NCBI GenBank assembly: GCA_030264375.1
Contig: JASCQW010000122.1
Location: forward strand, 22,960,517 to 23,024,516
DNA length: 64,000 bases
Direction of reading: 5' to 3'
Source of the DNA: Carcharhinus longimanus
Taxonomy: Eukaryota
Numbering within the stretch: position 1 is the stretch's first letter; every line of letters begins with the position of its first letter. Shown here one piece after another: positions 13,301 to 24,200 of this stretch. The position numbers and the translations under genes were made by a program. Below the pieces are notes generated by a model. The model did no database searches and was not told the origin of the DNA. It was given only the letters and a program-made list of their open reading frames with translations.

Positions 13301-16300
13301 TCTCCTGTTCAGAAAGAGGCTCCTCTTCTCCTCCAACAAACGATGACAGGACCACTGACACGACAGCATACAAGACAAAACTGCATGACCAGGCAGTACA
13401 AAACCTCTTCAGAATGCTCTCACATATTTCCACGCTGTTCCAGCTGTCAAGAAAGAAAGACCACTTTCTGGCCACCCAATTGTTACAATTGTATGAGGCA
13501 AACCAAACTAAAATCCAGCTTTGGGGCCTACTATCCTCTTAAATCATTTGGCAGAGGACTAGAGTTATTAAATGCATTTCTTATGTTAAACTATTAAGTA
13601 CTCAGCTATATTAGTCCTTAGCATATTTCGGGGAGCAGGAAGATTTTAATGTATTTCAGTGAAACAGTCGCCTCTCTGTTAGGGCGGCATTCTCAAGAAC
13701 TTTCCTACCTAATGACTACCTTAGTGGCGCTCGGGTTTCAAAAGACAAATTCACAAGCATGTCAGACTATGTATTCAAGAGCAAACCAAGCTCACTTCTT
13801 CAACATACTACTTTCCCTATATGTAAATAACTAAAAGTAGGCACTTGTAAAAAATTCCACAGTGAAAAAACATTGAAACTTCAATTTGGAAGATTTTCTC
13901 AATCGCCATTTTCTGAACCTCATAGCAAAGCTAATGTAGAGCAGAAAAAACAAACTGGTGTTTTTTAGAAGGGGGGGTGGTAGTGTGAACAGGGGCTTGA
14001 TGAGCCCACACTGAAATGCGTAGTCAGGACACTCATGTCTTGTAAAGGGGTAATTAAAGCTGCTAGATAAACATCGAGAACAGAAGATCACAAATGAAGA
14101 AGCAGAAAAGGTAGATTAACATGATATCACTGCATGTTATAGTACATTAAATACCGCTCAATAATATTCGAGTTAACGCAAATGGAGGGTGCATTCCATT
14201 GCAACTGCAGTGGCTTACTGAAAGGAGCCCTTTATTCCAACTGCTTTAGTAATTCCACCCGCTTTAGACATACACTGGCCATCTATAAGTCTTGAAGTCA
14301 TAGGAAAAAAAGCATTTGAGATTGACATTTGGAAGGTTCGAGAATAACCCATAAGTGTAATTTACACAATATCAGAAGTTTTGGCTATTACAGGGTGTTA
14401 AAATGAATGGTTAGTCCATATGATTCTTTTTCAGAACATATTTGATATTTGCCCTTACTAACCTAATAAATATTTGTCAGTGACAAAACTTTTGCAGTTA
14501 TCTGCCCAAGTTAGCTATTGAGTAATCCAATCATTTGAATTTAATATTTAATTTTTTTTAGTAAGCTTTAGATAAATCTTGCAGTTCAGTTCATACATTT
14601 TGAGTGAATATGGACACTGATCTCAATACTCATGTAATTTTATCAATTGTGCATTCACTTAAATGATTGTTTCTTATTTCTGATAAGATTGAGACTGAAG
14701 GCAGAAAGGTCCAGCACTACAAAGCAGTTACCCTTTCTTACAATGCACGTATGCTTATTGAGAGGAGCCTTGAGCATCACTCCTTTCAGTGAAAAAAAAT
14801 CAATTTGCACTTACAGCAGTTCAGCCTAATGTATAAAAGAGTTTCACAGAGTCCACAGTACAATGACTGAACTCTGTGTAGGATGTGTGTGCCAGACTGG
14901 ACAAGTAGTACAAGGAAAGTTAACTGACAGGCAATGATCGATTGGTGTTTCAGGTTGACAAATTCCAGCAGTACAAGACATCTGCCAAGCATGTGACCTG
15001 ATAAATAGCAGCACTAAGGCTCAAATCCAAGTATTCATTTCAGTATAAAACAGAAGTCAGTCGTGTGCGAGCAAGAAAAACTGAGGGGGAAAAAAGACAA
15101 TGGGACAATTTTATAAATGTACACTAAAGGTTTACCTTTTTTTGTAATGATTATGTTCGCATGGCCTTCAAAACATATGAAAATTGATGACAGTACCTTT
15201 GTGGCTATCATTCTGCCTACAGCTCCTCTCAGTAACATTAATGTAGCTTCAATCAGTGAAATTACCATATTAAGTGATTAAGCAACAAAATATAGTAGAA
15301 GCCTCTTAATGGGAACACCTGCATGGAAAGCAAAATGTTTCCTTTATCCAATTACTACTAAACAAATATAAAAATCTTGAGTGGCAATCAAGTGCATATT
15401 GGAGGTGTCAAAAACTGAAGTCATTAATTGATCTTTAATAGCAGATTTGCAATATAGGGAAGAAGACGTGGAACTATTTCAGTGTTTGTGAGAATTGCAT
15501 TCATCCAACACAATTAAAAAGCAGCTTGATCAATTTCCATCGCAAATGGTCCTAAGCACTTCCTTAAGCAGATTTATCTACTACTTCTGTTTATCTCTCT
15601 TGATTCAATCATGTTGCAGCTTTGCAACATCAGGCCAAAATGTTCACCACAAACCATCAGTTTTGTCATTAGAGTACATTAAGATTTAAAATCAGTCATG
15701 AAGTGAATGCAGCCTCTCAATTAATAAATAATTTGACTGTATCAGGTGTAGTCTACCAGGCTTAAAAAACAAAAATAAAACCTAAACATGTGTGGGTATT
15801 TTAAAATGCGAGGGCAAGGGGGTGGGAGGAGTAAGGGGGCACGGGTGGGACAAATCAAAATATAGCAAGAAAGAGACCTAACAAAGGTAGATTCAATTTT
15901 ATAAATGATAGATACTATACTTAATGTGTTCAGAAAATTTAACTCATGTCCACAATGATGCAACTTCATACCACTTCAAAAAATTGTGCTTTTTTTAAAT
16001 ACCACTAAAATATAATATGCAATTTGAAACTTTCGGACATTATTACTTCAACATCAACAAGTTCTATAAAGAGTTATTGCACATCATGCTTAATGCTTTA
16101 ACCAATTCACACAGGAATGCTAACGGTTTGCTGTTAAAAAAAAGTCCCACAGGACACTCGACACGTTTGCGTATTTGTTATTCAAATACCAGCAAATACC
16201 AAGTATGAAATGACAGTGAAGTACAACAGTGATATAAAAATGTTTAGTTGCTTAATTATAATGGAGGAGGGGAAATCACAGGGAATGGTTATCAATAAAA

Positions 16301-17631
16301 TAATAAAATATCAGCTTTAAAATGTTCGTTTTATTTGTTCTGGTGGTATGTTCAGAACATCTGGCACTAATTTTGTTCATAGCAGGGAAAAGACAGCCCC
16401 ACAGCAGTGGAATACATATACAAATGAAAACCTCAACCTATATACATATTTAAGAAAAACATCAGGATTTGTTTTTAAATCCAATCAGAACGCATAATAT
16501 TAGACCAAATCGTCATTTGGGTACATTCTAAAATATCATTGAATGGAAGGCTTTTGTTACACCACCCCACAGTGTACAAAAACATGCCAAAACCTCAAAA
16601 GTGAGGTTTTCCTGCAAACTCAAAAAGACTGTTCAGAAATGCTCCACATTTTCCTTTATAAGCATTTAAGAAAATCTTTCGCTCCCTCGCAAAAACCTAA
16701 ATGAAAATGAGCACATTCGAGAACACCAACTTGCTGTCTACAAGATTCTACAATTACCTGTTATATCTGAAGTGTGCCACGCTTCTAATAATTTATTTAA
16801 GCCTTTTTTTTTAAAACATACACTTCAAATAAGTTAACCTTCAATATAGCAAATCATTGCGTGCAATCTGGTCAGCAATAACGGATAATGTATTTAAGGT
16901 TTTAAAGAGAAAGAATATAGGGCAGGGAGTAAATTATTCTATAGTGTTAGCAATACTTCTTTTGAATACGTAAAGCATTTTTGTTGAAAATGATAAATTA
17001 AAACACTGTGCTTTTTAGGATTCAACGGAAGATAATGTAACAGTTAATTAAGAAAAAATACAACCTTTTCTCTACCTACATCCTTCAAAATGACATACAT
17101 TAATTTTTATTTAAAAAGTCTCTGTTATATATTTGGTTTTGTACATCACTTGCACACTGTTGCTTTCAAAATAGCTTCGACAATTGAGCCACGGAAGCAA
17201 CTCTACCTCCAGACATTTGAGTATATTTCACTTAAATTTTGGAAGTTAAATTTAACTAAATGAAAGCATGACAGTGGAATGTCGGAATTAATCAGGTACA
17301 GTGCTAAAATGTAAATTCTGCACTGAAATCTGAGTGCAGAATATCCAATAGTAAGCAGCTATCGAGAAAAATAAATCAGTATTGAGCTGGTTAAATCAAC
17401 TTTTTTGAAGAAATCCCAATGTCATGCTGCCTGCAATTGGATTTTCCTTTTTTGTTTCTTCTTCACAGACAGATTCTTCTGAAAGCGGCAACACAAAGGT
17501 CACAGTTTCAAGTATTGGATAGAAGGTCGCTTGCCTTAACTGACCACCTCTTAACCACAGTAACTGGCCTTATCTGAAGCCCATCGAGTGAAATAAAACA
17601 CAAACGTGCACTGTAGCATATGGTAACTTAC

Positions 17632-17754
17632 CCAGCTGTTTAGATTGAGATGCCAGCAACCAAACTGATGGAGAAAGGAGAACCCAGAGGCTAGCGTTCC
17701 TCCTTTATTGTTCCCTTCTTCCATTCCCAGCAAAATCGCATCCCTCGGGTACAT
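17632..17754 (-). CDS. TCF7L2: Candidate alternative first coding exon D of TCF7L2 (41 aa: MYPRDAILLGMEEGNNKGGTLASGFSFLHQFGCWHLNLNSW)
   Basis: agcagc-ATG (A at -3) at 17754, 123 bp = 41 codons, ending TGG|GTAAGT (plus acttac 17626-17631). Perfect donor in phase 0, in frame with the 7359 acceptor, with a purine-rich UTR-like leader upstream. Confidence 0.65.
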
Positions 17755-19684
17755 GCTGCTTTATCTTCTGTTGTCTCTTAACCTCTACAACTTTTCCCCC
17801 CTTTCTTTCTTGCCTTGGTGCCGACTGCGCTTTGTGTCTTCGTGGTTTTCCTAGCGTCTTTTTTTCTCTTAAAAAAGTACTAAAAAAAATGTCTCAAAAG
17901 ATCAAAAGCTTTCCATTTCTGTGGCCTGGTGTTTTTAGAACCAACATTCTCATTCAAGTTTGCCGTTAGTAACATCTTAGTCCTGGTGTAGTCCTCTGTC
18001 TGCCGTGTAGCAGGTACCAAAATTTAGGACACACTCAAATGATAACATAGATCACTGCACCAAAACGCTCACTTAGAAATGAGTAAGCCCGCACACAGGG
18101 GTATAACCCCATGCGTACTATTTATTTTCTTTTCAAAGCCTACAACTCTCCTAGGATTACCAAAATGACAATGCTGCAACTCTATATGGAAAGGTATCAA
18201 TAAGTGCAGCAGCAAGGAGACAAGCATTGGTTAAGGGAGCATGATCAACAAACTGTAGCATGCAGTCACATCTGTGGGAATGTCAAACCCCTCACGCTGA
18301 ACTTCTGGGGGTAGAGTTGCAAGAATGCTCTATTTTCTTTGACACGGTGACACTATAATATATCTCACGCACACAGACTCATATACATACAAATATATAA
18401 AAATATATGTTTAAAAAAAAGACACCTGTGAGGTCTTGCCATCAGTCCCAGCAGGTTTTTTTTAATTACAACAGTAAACAGGGTGGAGAAAAGGCAAAGC
18501 ACTAGACCTCACTGCAGCTTCTACTGGCTGACCTCAGCTACACACAATATACAAGAGCAGCTTTTGTATTACAAGGATTCTCTTTCCGAGTTGCTCTTTG
18601 CATACTGCTTCCCGTCGCTAATTGCATCCCCAAACAAAACCCTCTCCATCTCCAAATTGGGGGCAGCTCATATGTTCCAGAAAATGCTTTTCACAATGGA
18701 AGCAAAAAGTAATGAAATGTTCCCATTAACCACGCTCACCCCCCCCCCAACACCCCCTCCCACCCCTCCACCATGAATATAGGTGGCATAAAGCCCACGA
18801 TACCCTCCCACCAACCAAAAAAAACTCAACTTTTTAAAAACAAACTTTACAGGCATTCAGTTTTCTTAAAAATATAAAGTCGTTCAGTAGGCTCTGCAGA
18901 AGATGCCACATACTTTTCCTTCCCGTCTATCTGCCTGATCAGAAAAGTGACAAGACACGAGAACAGGGGAAACAAAACACTGTGCGGTTTTTTCCCTCTT
19001 TATTTCGTGCTCTGCACTAATCTGGCCTTCGCGTGCAAAGTGTCGGCCAGAAATCTTTAAGGCCTTAATACCAAAACAAAACCTTTGAATTCCCTTTATA
19101 TGGTGCAATACAGGCGCTAACAAAGGCAATGAGGCTACAGTTTGACATATAAAAAGCCCAACAACGAGGCAGCTAATTACATTCCCTCCCTCTATTCATG
19201 GTGGCCACCACACTCCAGCAGCTTCTTTTGTCACACGTGCAATTTCTTAAGTAAACTGGGAGTTTGGTTGCTGATGATGGACAGTTACTAATCATTTAGC
19301 ACAATGAACGCTAAGTGCGACAGAAAGGATGGGCAACTTCAACACAGATTTCTTTGGGATTGGAGGATGTGAGAAGAAAAAAAAAGGAGCGGGGTGGGGG
19401 CGGTGGAAGCTCGCCACACAGACGACGAAAGGTGAACACTTAAAATGCCAGATCCTTTCAGTTCACATATTTACCTTGCATCTACTGGGGGAGGGGAATC
19501 AAGCCCAAGACAGGAAGGGGTGACAAGCTGTCTTGTCAGCTTGGATCGGGAATGTCTCACTCGTTGAGACTTTGNNNNNNNNNNNNNNNNNNNNNNNNNN
19601 NNNNNNNNNNNNNNNNNNNNNNNNNNNNNNNNNNNNNNNNNNNNNNNNNNNNNNNNNNNNNNNNNNNNNNNNNNACATATTTAC

Positions 19685-19747
19685 CTTGCATCTACTGGGG
19701 GAGGGGGGAGGCCGGGGGGGAGTTGGTGGAGGGAAAGGCAAAAACAT
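19685..19747 (-). CDS. Weak candidate alternative first coding exon C (MFLPFPPPTPPRPPPSPSRCK)
   Basis: ATG at 19747-19745, 21 open codons, then AAG|GTAAAT donor in phase 0. Low-complexity, next to a gap, and the donor region is duplicated at 19465-19496. Confidence 0.3.
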
Positions 19748-20016
19748 GCTGTGGGAAAGAGAGACTGCAAATCAAACTTGCCAACTCCGATTAACTTCAG
19801 ACATTACATCAGGAACAGAATTCTAAATACTTCCATTACCCAATAGTTTTTTCGTTTCACTCCCCCCCCCCCTCAAACCACCAGAAAAGTTTTCCATAAA
19901 ATCTCAATTTAAAACAAAACACACACCAAAGCACAATTAACCTAAATGTCATATTAGTCAATTGGAAAATAATGCTTTCGAGCATTCAGTCCTTCTTAAA
20001 AATTTTGCTAACTTAC

Positions 20017-20200
20017 CATTTACACCTGCTCAAATTACGATGCTTCACACTGCCTGAATTCAAACATGCTGCCGTTCCTGTGCTACAGCATAAAATCAGC
20101 CGGCTCTTTGCGATGTGGGCAGATCCACTGGGGGGCAGCACCCTACCTGAGCCACTTACAGCCGAGATGCTGCTGAGATAGGGACACGAAGCGATTACAT
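20017..20200 (-). other. TCF7L2: Candidate internal alternative first exon B of TCF7L2 (ends in ATG)
   Basis: Plus aacttac|catttacacc is minus GGTGTAA-ATG|GTAAGTT: second perfect ATG|GTAAGT (ATG 20019-20017), in-frame TAA immediately before it, phase 0. Kozak context weaker (T at -3). The 5' boundary is a guess. Confidence 0.55.
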
Positions 20201-20880
20201 CCAACTCCAGCTCTCCAGGAAAAGATGCTCAAGTTCAGGTCTATTCAGTGAATTACCTTGCTTCATGGGAAAGAGATAATGAGATGGCAGCACTCATTTG
20301 ATCAGAACCAGCCCCAAAAATCACACCAACAGTTTTCAGAGAGGAACAAAAGAACAACAGTTGCTTGCTTTCTTGGCGACATTAAAACCAGTTGCAGCCT
20401 CCCATAATGTTAAATTGGCTGGTATTTTTGAAGCCAGACCAGAGAGAGAGAGAGAGAGACATACAAAAAAAAGTAGTTCCTCCCCCCCACCACTCCCCCC
20501 GCCTCCCGCAAGGTACATAAAGGCTAAACCTACCGTTTATTTTGCCCACATAGCCAGCTCAGTTTAATCACGACCGCCGGGGAATGCTGAACTATGAAAT
20601 GATTTTGATACATCAATTCAAAGTTTCTTTTTTAAACAAAAAAAAGGCAACTTAGCAAGTTGTGTATCTGAGCTCTAATATTTGCCACAGCCAAATGTGG
20701 CAAGCGGTTCCATAAAGCTTCCCTGCCCACTTTTGAAGCCTGCGTTACTAACACACGCAGAATGACACCACTGAGCGCCTTTAAAGGATACTAGGGAAAA
20801 AAAATGACTATTGATCTTCAAATGGTGATAATTGAAAAGATCAAAAGATTAAACAAAATCAAAAAAATGCGCTGACTTAC

Positions 20881-21150
20881 CATGTTATGCTTTTTTTTGT
20901 TACAACTTGGTTGAAATTTCAGTCAAACAAGCTTCATCGGAGATGTCAAATTTTTGGCGGACTGTGATCGTATTACTTCCGCAGCCTTGCCTCACAATAC
21001 TTCAGAACTTTTTACCTAGCTTTGGTTTACTTTGAAAGCTGCAGCTCAGCAAACCAGCACAAATTATCTTGCCACCTTCTACAGCTCTGATGCTTTGGCC
21101 GCTAACTTTGGAAGGCCCTTTACTACTGCATCAAAATTAGCATTGTCAAA
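20881..21150 (-). other. TCF7L2: Candidate internal alternative first exon A of TCF7L2 (5' UTR plus start codon only; gives M-SNKVPVV...)
   Basis: Plus gacttac|catgttatgc is minus GCATAAC-ATG|GTAAGTC: perfect donor directly after an ATG (20883-20881), A at -3, phase 0 matching the 7359 acceptor. The 5' boundary is a guess. Confidence 0.7.
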
Positions 21151-21270
21151 GCGGTTAATGAATATTAATACTGTATTTGTCATTGGAGCTGGCCTGATGC
21201 TGAACTCCGAGCCATCCATCAGGGACAAGATTAAGAACACAATTATTTCTGACTGACAGGGTCCAAATCT
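21130..21270 (-). promoter_or_regulatory. Candidate internal promoter upstream of exon A
   Basis: Position immediately 5' of the first ATG|GTAAGT exon. Clustered homeodomain cores (aaattag, gttaatgaatattaata, gattaa, aattat) and TGTCA/TGACA (TALE-type) motifs. Motif-level evidence only. Confidence 0.4.
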
Positions 21271-24200
21271 GCTAGATTTTTTTTGCAAATCTAAAAAAAA
21301 ATAAGAGACAAAAAAAAACATCTTATGGGTTCCCCCTGGGGACGAACAGTCAGATTAATACACTTTTAATGAAGTGAAGGCTATTAAGTATGAAGAAAAA
21401 GCAAACAAGATGTACAAGTCGAACTTACAAATGCGGCACGGTGGCTGATAAAAATTAAAAGAATGGCATATCTTTTTCGACAGCTGTCTGAAATTTTTCT
21501 TCAGAGCTTTCTGGAATGAAGAAAGAATCTTTCTTCCCAATTCTGCATCATTTGAATAAGGAATGCACTGTTATAACCCACATGGGATAATTGTGTCTAT
21601 CTTGTGTCTTAACAACATCAACTCAAAGGCAGGATCCTAAATAATTCCTACACAAATATTATAATCAACACTTCCTTAAAAGCAATTGACAATCATGATT
21701 ATTCTCTCAATTGGATCTGCATGCTGCTAAAAATACTTTAAAAAAATGTACGCCAAATATACTTTGTGCAGACTTTACGATACCATAATATACGTTGCGA
21801 AAAATTATCCCGCTGTTATAAAAGACCAAACTTAAAACACATTTAGAACAGCGTCCTAACCTTTCAACGCTGACGGTTTCTGTGGGAATTTAAGGAGAGT
21901 CATAAACATCGGCAGCAAAAGGCAACTTAGTTCAACCATGTTTCTATAGTTGCCTTCGCAGCTAAATATCACTAAAATTCCCTGCGTGTAAAGTCATGCT
22001 ACATGTCTTGATCTCACATAACTGAACTATAAACACCCAGCAAACATCCTTTGCCGCTACTCATATTTACTTTCTCCCCGCCTCTCTCAAGCTTTTAGGA
22101 ATTCCCAATACACNNNNNNNNNNNNNNNNNNNNNNNNNNNNNNNNNNNNNNNNNNNNNNNNNNNNNNNNNNNNNNNNCATAACGGGAGACGGTGGAAAGG
22201 TTCAGATGCAGATTTAAAGAACGACGACTATTTGGGCTAAAGTCATTTGAATGGCAAACCCAAAAAAAAAGTGTTTTGAATTTCCTCGGCCACCCCTACA
22301 AAGAATAACCCCAATGCACCAGAAACGGGAAGTGTAGCATTGGTCCTTTCCTTGCTCACAGGACTCGGTTTCCTTTCTCTACTGTTTTAAAACCTATTAA
22401 AGCTATTTTCTTTAAACGGCGATTTGGGAAGGGAGGAGAAAGAGGTGGAAGATAAGGGGGGAAAAAAAAGAGAAAACTGACAGATGCGACAGTTAATGCC
22501 ATCTGACCAGTGAAATGAGGGGGTCTGGGTCAAGCGACTATGGCTGCCAAGCTAATCTACTGCTCTCACTGACCACCCCACTGGCTGCTCCTAATACCAT
22601 TAGCAATCCTTAGATGAACATTCTAAATTGGAGTTTTGTCCTCTGATGAGCCAATCTGACCCCGCTGAAACAACCCTGGAGCTTCATGTGCAGATGGCAA
22701 ATCTCCTGAAAACATTTCTTTCAGCTTTAAGATTTTTTTTCCCTTGCCCGCTTTCTTTTGTCTTGCTCAATCCTTTTCGCCCCTCTCCGATTTGAGATAA
22801 AACATTGCAAAAGCACAAAAATATGCCTGTTTATCTAACCCGGTTACTGGTGCCATTTCACTTTAGAAGTGCACCCTGAAACATTTTCGAACAATCCATT
22901 GTTGGTGGGTTTTCATTTAGCTTGGTCATTGTGCAAATTACTTTAACTCGCTCCTGAAAAAAAAAGAGGGGAGCGAGGAAAAGAGAAATTGGAGGGTGTT
23001 TGTGAAAACTGTCAGGTTTGAAGCTTTCTAACCAAGTGAAGTTAGAGGCTGCTGACTCTGAAGCAGTGGGTGCAGAAAGCATTTGCCTGACAGAACATTT
23101 ACCGCAGACAGCTCCCGCTACCTCTACTTACACAGCACGATCACATCAGCCTGAGTATCAAATTAACTCACTGACTTTGAAAGTTATTGATCTGCTATTA
23201 AGACACTAGTGAACTTGATGAAATCAGTGCTGTAGGTGCAGTGAAGACTTCAAAGTCTCGCACAGACACATAAAACAAGTTTCTTTGATCCTTTTTACGA
23301 TCCGCAGAGGGTTTAAAGCCCAATTCTCGATGTGCTGCTCTTCACACTCGTCAGGTCTGATTTTTTTTTACCAATAGACAGCTTGATAATGTTAATAGTG
23401 CATATTTTAGCAAACAACTAATTCTAAACCAATATCTTAATCTGTTCAGACTAACAGCATAATTTATTAAAACATGTCAAACAAAAACCAATTTTACCTT
23501 TATTGCTGTCTGCACTGCAGGAGTCAGGAATTTTCAATGNNNNNNNNNNNNNNNNNNNNNNCCGTATCTACACCAGTATTTTATCATTAAGGAGATGATT
23601 AATTGGCACAGACTTACGAAATCCTTATTTGAAGGACTTTAATAACACTAACATAACAGCAGTGTTGGTATTGGAAAAGCAACAAAGACATTAAGAAGTT
23701 CAAGTAGAGAGTAAAAAAGGATTCAAGTAGGAAACTGCTTCATTAGATTCGGAAATGATTTTACAATAACAAAAAAAAATTGAAATACAAACCTCAGTAT
23801 GATAAAATGGCCCACAGATTAGAGCTCAGATCACTCACTGGGAACCACAATTATTTCTTCTGCACCAAACACACATGCCAACTTGAAAAATTAACCTTAT
23901 TGGTCAGAAAGATACTTAAATTGCAATTCAAAATTTTTGCACACATTTGTAAAAGACAAATAAATCAACTACTTTTTTTATACAAAAATCTGCTACACTA
24001 ATCCTGTTCTTAATTTTAACTATTAAGAGGATACTAGCTGTGGATGCTAATATTTGAGTTTTGAAGGATTGCATTTATTGTAAAATGTATTCAGTCAAAG
24101 TGACAATTTATGTCGACAAAAAAAATCCATTCTGTTAATTATGAGAAATAGAAAGTACTATAAACAAAATTTTTTAAAAAATCAACTGCAAGAGCCTTCA

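Noticed and set aside
20251-20297. Additional donor AAG|GTAATT with nearby ATGs
   Set aside because: ATGs at 20297 and 20266 give 41 and 10 nt, both out of frame with the 133-bp exon. It could still be non-coding but is unsupported.
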